Source: an uncultured Verrucomicrobiae bacterium | Lineage (GTDB): Bacteria > Verrucomicrobiota > Verrucomicrobiia > Opitutales > JABDGR01 | NCBI GenBank assembly: GCA_963765205.1 | Contig: CAVXVB010000005.1 | Coordinates: 192,001 to 256,000 of the forward strand | DNA: 64,000 bases | Reading direction: 5' to 3' | Shown: in pieces, positions 59,834 to 64,000 of the stretch | How the letters are laid out: every line of letters starts with the position of its first letter | How positions within the stretch are numbered: the stretch's first letter is position 1 | Notes under the pieces: generated by a model | The model's input: only the letters and a program-made list of their open reading frames with translations | What the model was told of the DNA's origin: nothing | Database searches by the model: none | Program-made: the position numbers and the translations under genes

Positions 59834-60698
59834 TTACTTCAACGCCTCGGCGTCCAAAAAATATTCCCCGACGCGCGTGGCCGGGCCGGTCATGGTGATG
59901 GCGTAGTCGTCCGCGACTTTGATTTTCAAATTGCCGCCGGGCATGTGGACGGTGATGGCGCCGTCGCACACGCCCATTTTGCGCGCGACCGCCGCCGCCG
60001 CGCTGCCTCGAGCTGCCCGAGGCCAGCGTGTAGCCCGCGCCGCGCTCCCAGATTTCGATCTGGATGTTCGCGCGGTCGAGCACCTTCAAAAATTGCACGT
60101 TCGTGCGGTTGGGGAACAGCGGATGCGTTTCAAAGCGCGGCCCGAATTCGCGCGCCAGCTCCGGCGAAATCTCCGGCAGCGGCAGCACGCAGTGCGGGTT
60201 GCCCACCGTCGCCGCGTAGTAGCGGAATTTGCGCCCGGCGATTTCGATTTCCTGGTCGAGCATCTCGCGCGGCGGCAGGATTTTCACCGGGATGTCCGCG
60301 CTGTGGAAGCTCACGCGGCCCATCTCGACCGTGATTTGCTTCCCGCGCGCGCCGACCCGGCACGTCACCACGCCGCCGGGCGTATGCACGGTGAAGGGCT
60401 GGTCGCGCACGCGCCGGCGATCCCACAAATACCGCGCGAAAATCCGCAGGCCGTTGCCGCTTTTTTCCGCCTCGCTGCCGTCGGGGTTGAAAATCCGCAG
60501 GCCGAAATCTGCGTTCTTGCTTGGCAGCGGCCCGTAGAGAATCCCGTCCGACCCCAGGCCGAAATTGCGGTGGCAGATGCGGACGATGCGGGCGGGCGCC
60601 GGCGCGCGTGGAGCATCCCGCGGGTCGAGCACGAGGTAATCGTTGCCGAGCGCGTGGTATTTCCAGAAACGGACGGGTTGGGCGGGCCGGTGTCTCAT
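59834..60698 (-). CDS. dapF: Diaminopimelate epimerase homologue with Ser at both catalytic Cys positions; one extra base near 60006
   Basis: KYHALGNDY, GLGSDG, FNPDGSEAEKSGNG, GNPHCV, RTNVQF, WERGAGYTLASGS; tail ...VHMPGG...MTGPA...* is in the shifted frame. Confidence 0.88.
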
Positions 60699-60700
60699 CC

Positions 60701-60729
60701 TTGACACCGTGGCAAGGGCGGGGTAAATT
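60701..60729 (+). promoter_or_regulatory. Sigma70 promoter for tRNA-Leu
   Basis: TTGACA-N17-TAAATT. Confidence 0.7.
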
Positions 60730-60774
60730 CGCAACCCTTTGTTAGGCATTCCGGCCCGCCGGATGCCGCGACAG

Positions 60775-60859
60775 GCTCGGGTGGCGGAATTGGCAGACGC
60801 GTACGCCTCAGGAGCGTATATCTTACGATGTAAGGGTTCGACTCCCTTCCCGAGCACCA
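60775..60859 (+). tRNA. tRNA-Leu(CAG)
   Basis: Acceptor stem GCTCGGG/CCCGAGC, anticodon arm TACGC-CT-CAG-GA-GCGTA, long variable arm, GGTTCGACT, encoded CCA. Confidence 0.96.
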
Positions 60860-60889
60860 TTTTTTCTCACTGCAAAGTCTTGACCGGCA

Positions 60890-61873
60890 TCAGGGAGAAT
60901 TGGTCTGCGTCGTTGCGGCACGGGCTTGCTGGATGATGCCGAGCAGCGTGGCCTGGCGGCCATTGTTGTTGTTCGGGTAGGCCTGCAGCACCGCCGCCTG
61001 CGCCGCGTCCGGATCTTTTTTCGCCCACTGCGTAATGAGTTGGGTGGTGGTCGTGCCCCGCGTGCCGGGATTGGACATCGTTCGCAGCCAGGAGAATGCC
61101 GTCGCGGGATCGCTGTCCGCAGACACGCCTACGACCGCCAGGATCGCGCTGTCTTTCGTGTTGCCCACGGGCAGGGTGCCGATCCATTGGGTCGCGGCGG
61201 CCGGGTCGTGCATCAGCCAGCTTCCGGCGACCAAGGCCGTGGGATTGTCGGCGCTAATTTTCGTTTCGTTGCGGCCCAGGGACGCGAGCAGCGCGGCGGC
61301 TTGGGCGGGGTCCTGAAAACTCAGGGTGGCGGCCACATTGGCCAGTCCCTCCAACGCGAGCGGGCGGGCATTGGAGCCGTCATCGGGCAAGGTCTGCGCG
61401 AGGGCCAAAGCGGCGGCGGGATCCTTCGTGCCGTAAAGCGTGAAGATGAGTTTCACGGCGTCATCATGCGCCACCCCGGCCGACAATCCTTGCGCCCAGG
61501 CCAAAGCACCGGGCGGGTCATCCGCCGCCCACTTTCGGGCAATGTCAATCGCGAGGTGGTCGAAATCCACATTCCCCGTGATGCCTTCCGCATAAGCGGC
61601 CGCGGTGGAGTTGTCCTGGAGCAGGGCCTTCAACTGGTCCGGGCTGAGCTTGGTGGCCGCGCTCATCGGCGCTTGACCGGCGGGAGTGGAGTTGGCCGCC
61701 GATGTGGAAGGCGTCGGGCTGGATTGGATCACGATGGTGACCGGCCGGGCCGCGGTCTTGGCGGCGGGGAGGGGGCTGGCGCTCTTTTCCGGGCGCGGCA
61801 CCAGCATTCCGGCGTAAAACGTGGCGGCCAGGACTACGCCATACACGACCACAGTTTTGATTTTGATTTTCAT
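60890..61873 (-). CDS. Membrane-anchored alpha-solenoid repeat protein (short member of the DPxAAxAW family)
   Basis: N-terminal TM; WAADDPPGALAWA, HDPAAATQWIGTLP, QWAKKDPDAA. Confidence 0.85.
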   Translation of the reverse strand: MKIKIKTVVVYGVVLAATFYAGMLVPRPEKSASPLPAAKTAARPVTIVIQSSPTPSTSAANSTPAGQAPMSAATKLSPDQLKALLQDNSTAAAYAEGITGNVDFDHLAIDIARKWAADDPPGALAWAQGLSAGVAHDDAVKLIFTLYGTKDPAAALALAQTLPDDGSNARPLALEGLANVAATLSFQDPAQAAALLASLGRNETKISADNPTALVAGSWLMHDPAAATQWIGTLPVGNTKDSAILAVVGVSADSDPATAFSWLRTMSNPGTRGTTTTQLITQWAKKDPDAAQAAVLQAYPNNNNGRQATLLGIIQQARAATTQTNSP

Positions 61874-61918
61874 AATCGGAATGGGGTTGATTGATGGAAA
61901 ATTTAACAACAAAGCAGT

Positions 61919-62821
61919 TCAGGCCTTTTTCACTTTCCAGGCGGCGTCCATCATTTCGGGCGTGAAGGGTTCCGGGACGGCTCCTTCGGACGCATAGATA
62001 TAAAGGACACAGCAATAAATATTAGTGGCAACAATCTGCACCCAAATGACCGGCATCGTGCACAGCATGATATCCGGGCCAATTAAGGGATCGTTGAACA
62101 TTTGCGCAGGCGAAAGGAACGGGGACATAGCCGCCGCGACGACAAACATAATGGCGACACCTATGACGATTCCAGTGAATTGGATTTTAATAAAGCCGAT
62201 GATCAATTCACCCAAGGCTTTTTTCAAAATGCGCGCGGAATCGCGAAAGAGTGCCATCGGCTCAGAATTATCTCCCCGGATTAGAATAGGAATAACAAAA
62301 ACGGTGGCAACACCCCAAGCCAGAACAATCGGGAAAGTAACAATGCTACCGTCCCACTTCACGCAATTTTTGAAGATGCGGGGCAAAGTCGGCACCGAGC
62401 TTGCGAACAGGCTCCAAAGGACAATTGGACGGAGCCGCTGCTTGGCAAACTGCAGGCCGCCGCGCAAGGAGGCTATCCCACCATCCAGGGCGTAAAAAAT
62501 TTCATTATAAAACGCCACATTGATAAAAGTCGCAAGGAAAGTGGTTGCCACATTGAATAATACCAGGTAGAGATAATCGGCCAGTGTCATGTTCTGCATC
62601 CAGGTGTTTTGGAGGTCTATAAACTGATCTGCGTCTCGGGTTGTAATCGCGTTAGTTACCTGATGCGCAATTAAAGGCCATGGCACGAAGACCAGTGGGC
62701 TTAAGAAGTAGATGGCCGCATTAACAAAAGGAAAAAGCAACAGCTTGGGATTGCGCTTAATCACCTGCCAGGAACTGCGAAACAGTTGCGAGATGGTGTG
62801 GAGCCGGCTGTGCGTGGTCAT
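61919..62821 (-). CDS. DUF6159-like membrane protein, paralogue 2
   Basis: SSWQVIKRNPKLLLFP, TFINVAF, C-terminus LYIYASEGAVPEPFTPEMMDAAWKVKK. Confidence 0.8.
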   Translation of the reverse strand: MTTHSRLHTISQLFRSSWQVIKRNPKLLLFPFVNAAIYFLSPLVFVPWPLIAHQVTNAITTRDADQFIDLQNTWMQNMTLADYLYLVLFNVATTFLATFINVAFYNEIFYALDGGIASLRGGLQFAKQRLRPIVLWSLFASSVPTLPRIFKNCVKWDGSIVTFPIVLAWGVATVFVIPILIRGDNSEPMALFRDSARILKKALGELIIGFIKIQFTGIVIGVAIMFVVAAAMSPFLSPAQMFNDPLIGPDIMLCTMPVIWVQIVATNIYCCVLYIYASEGAVPEPFTPEMMDAAWKVKKA

Positions 62822-62845
62822 GGGATTGTAGATTGACGGGGTGGC

Positions 62846-63730
62846 TCAGGGCTTTTTCACTTTCCACGCGGCGTCCATCAGCTCGGGCGTGAAGGGTTCG
62901 GGGACGACGCCTTCCGTGGCGTAAATATAAAGCGCACAACGGTAAACGCTGTTGGCAATGTATGTAACCGTACCGCAGACAAACGAGATCAGCATCATTT
63001 TAAGGAAAAGAAATTTCGGCGCCTGTCCAGCAGGGGTGTCGTAGGTTAATCCGAGATACAAGGCAAATCCCAACAAGCCAAAGAGCGCATAGAATTGGAT
63101 TTTAGCAAAGCCGATAATTGATTCTCCCCAGGTCTTTTTCAGGGTGAACGCGGAACTGCGCAAGAGGGTGAGCGGGCCGGCTCTTTCATCATGGATTATG
63201 ACTGGAATGACGAAAACCGCCACCACGCTCCATGTCAGGCCCGTCAGAGCGGTGGCGATCCGGCCCGTCCAGCTCATTTTCGAACCCAGAATTCTAAGGA
63301 AAATCCCCACCGAACTGGCGAACAGCGACCAGAGGATGATCGAGCGCAACCGCTGCCGGGCAAACTGCAAACCGCCGCGCAGGGAGACGGGCTCACTCTC
63401 CATGGCGCGGAAAATTTCATGGTAAAACGCCACGTTCACAAAAGTCGAAATGTGCATGGCTAGCATGTAGTAGAGCACCCAATAAAGAAAGTTGGACGGC
63501 TGGAGCGTCACTGTCAGCGCATAAGTCCAAAGATCATCGTGGTGGGCGGTGCGCGCGGCCTGGATCGTCTCAACCATATCATTAAACCGCGGCATATAAA
63601 ACAGCCCGATCACTAACAAGGCGGCACCGCTGATCATGGGGAAGAACAACAGTCTGGGCTGGCGTTTGATGATTTGCCAGGAACTTCGCAGCAATTGGCT
63701 GCCGGTGTCGGATTTGCCGGAGGTGGTCAT
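62846..63730 (-). CDS. DUF6159-like membrane protein, paralogue 1
   Basis: SSWQIIKRQPRLLFFP, LKKTWGE, LYIYATEGVVPEPFTPELMDAAWKVKK. Confidence 0.8.
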   Translation of the reverse strand: MTTSGKSDTGSQLLRSSWQIIKRQPRLLFFPMISGAALLVIGLFYMPRFNDMVETIQAARTAHHDDLWTYALTVTLQPSNFLYWVLYYMLAMHISTFVNVAFYHEIFRAMESEPVSLRGGLQFARQRLRSIILWSLFASSVGIFLRILGSKMSWTGRIATALTGLTWSVVAVFVIPVIIHDERAGPLTLLRSSAFTLKKTWGESIIGFAKIQFYALFGLLGFALYLGLTYDTPAGQAPKFLFLKMMLISFVCGTVTYIANSVYRCALYIYATEGVVPEPFTPELMDAAWKVKKP

Positions 63731-63734
63731 GGGT

Positions 63735-64000
63735 TTAGGGGTTAAGGTGCTGGATTACGTCCTGAAACGTCAGGCCGTGGCTGCGGGCTTCCGCGGCGAA
63801 GCGCAGGCAGAGTTTCTTCATGATGTTTTGCCGGGCTTTGACCGAGGCGGGGGTGAGCCGGGCCGGCGCGGCGGGCGCGACAAAGCAACCGCTGCCCCGT
63901 TCGGCCGCGATCAGGCCCAGCAGCTCGAGCTCGCGGTAGGCTTTGGCCACCGTGTTGGGGTTCACCTTGAGCTGGCGGTGCAGCGCGCGGATGGTGGGCA
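63735..64000 (-). CDS. GntR family regulator, YtrA-like (5' end outside window)
   Basis: PTIRALHRQLKVNPNTVAKAYRELE...GSGCFV with a short C-terminal helix. Confidence 0.9.
   Translation of the reverse strand, partial: PTIRALHRQLKVNPNTVAKAYRELELLGLIAAERGSGCFVAPAAPARLTPASVKARQNIMKKLCLRFAAEARSHGLTFQDVIQHLNP

Noticed and set aside
60775..64000. tRNA-Leu as attachment site of a prophage or integrative element
   Set aside because: No integrase, phage gene or duplicated tRNA 3' end is visible in the window; cannot be excluded beyond the edge.

Overview
GC-rich bacterial chromosome window, most likely Verrucomicrobiota (inferred from the transmembrane-extended ECF sigma factor, DPxAAxAW repeat proteins and three-domain IspG). 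Housekeeping genes are alr (partial), tsaB, rpoN, a Ser/Thr kinase, dxr, speA, a PduO-type adenosyltransferase, an IscA/ErpA-type Fe-S carrier, rseP, ispG, mscS, a dapF homologue and tRNA-Leu(CAG). Accessory blocks are: (i) a membrane-anchored ECF sigma factor whose outer domain has the same helical repeat as two tandem neighbours, with a fourth copy at 61 kb; (ii) an uncharacterised four-gene cluster at 17.9-21.6 kb (two paralogous exported proteins, a His-motif membrane protein, a small Glu/Asn-motif membrane protein); (iii) AT-rich islets including a HEPN gene; (iv) two toxin-antitoxin-like pairs flanking ispG; (v) a sugar/sugar-acid catabolic region (MFS, dehydrogenases, GH50-like, GH3, FGGY kinase, enolase-superfamily and FAH-family dehydratases); (vi) a TonB-ExbBD locus with two receptors and a Met/His-rich protein; (vii) a ~2000-aa S53 protease with NHL/Ig repeats dense in N-x-S/T sequons; (viii) GntR plus two DUF6159-like paralogues. 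Several families of small palindromic and short tandem elements sit in intergenic spaces. Three genes (dxr, one TonB receptor, dapF) carry single-base frameshifts, probably consensus errors. All family calls come from recognising motifs by eye; no database search was run.
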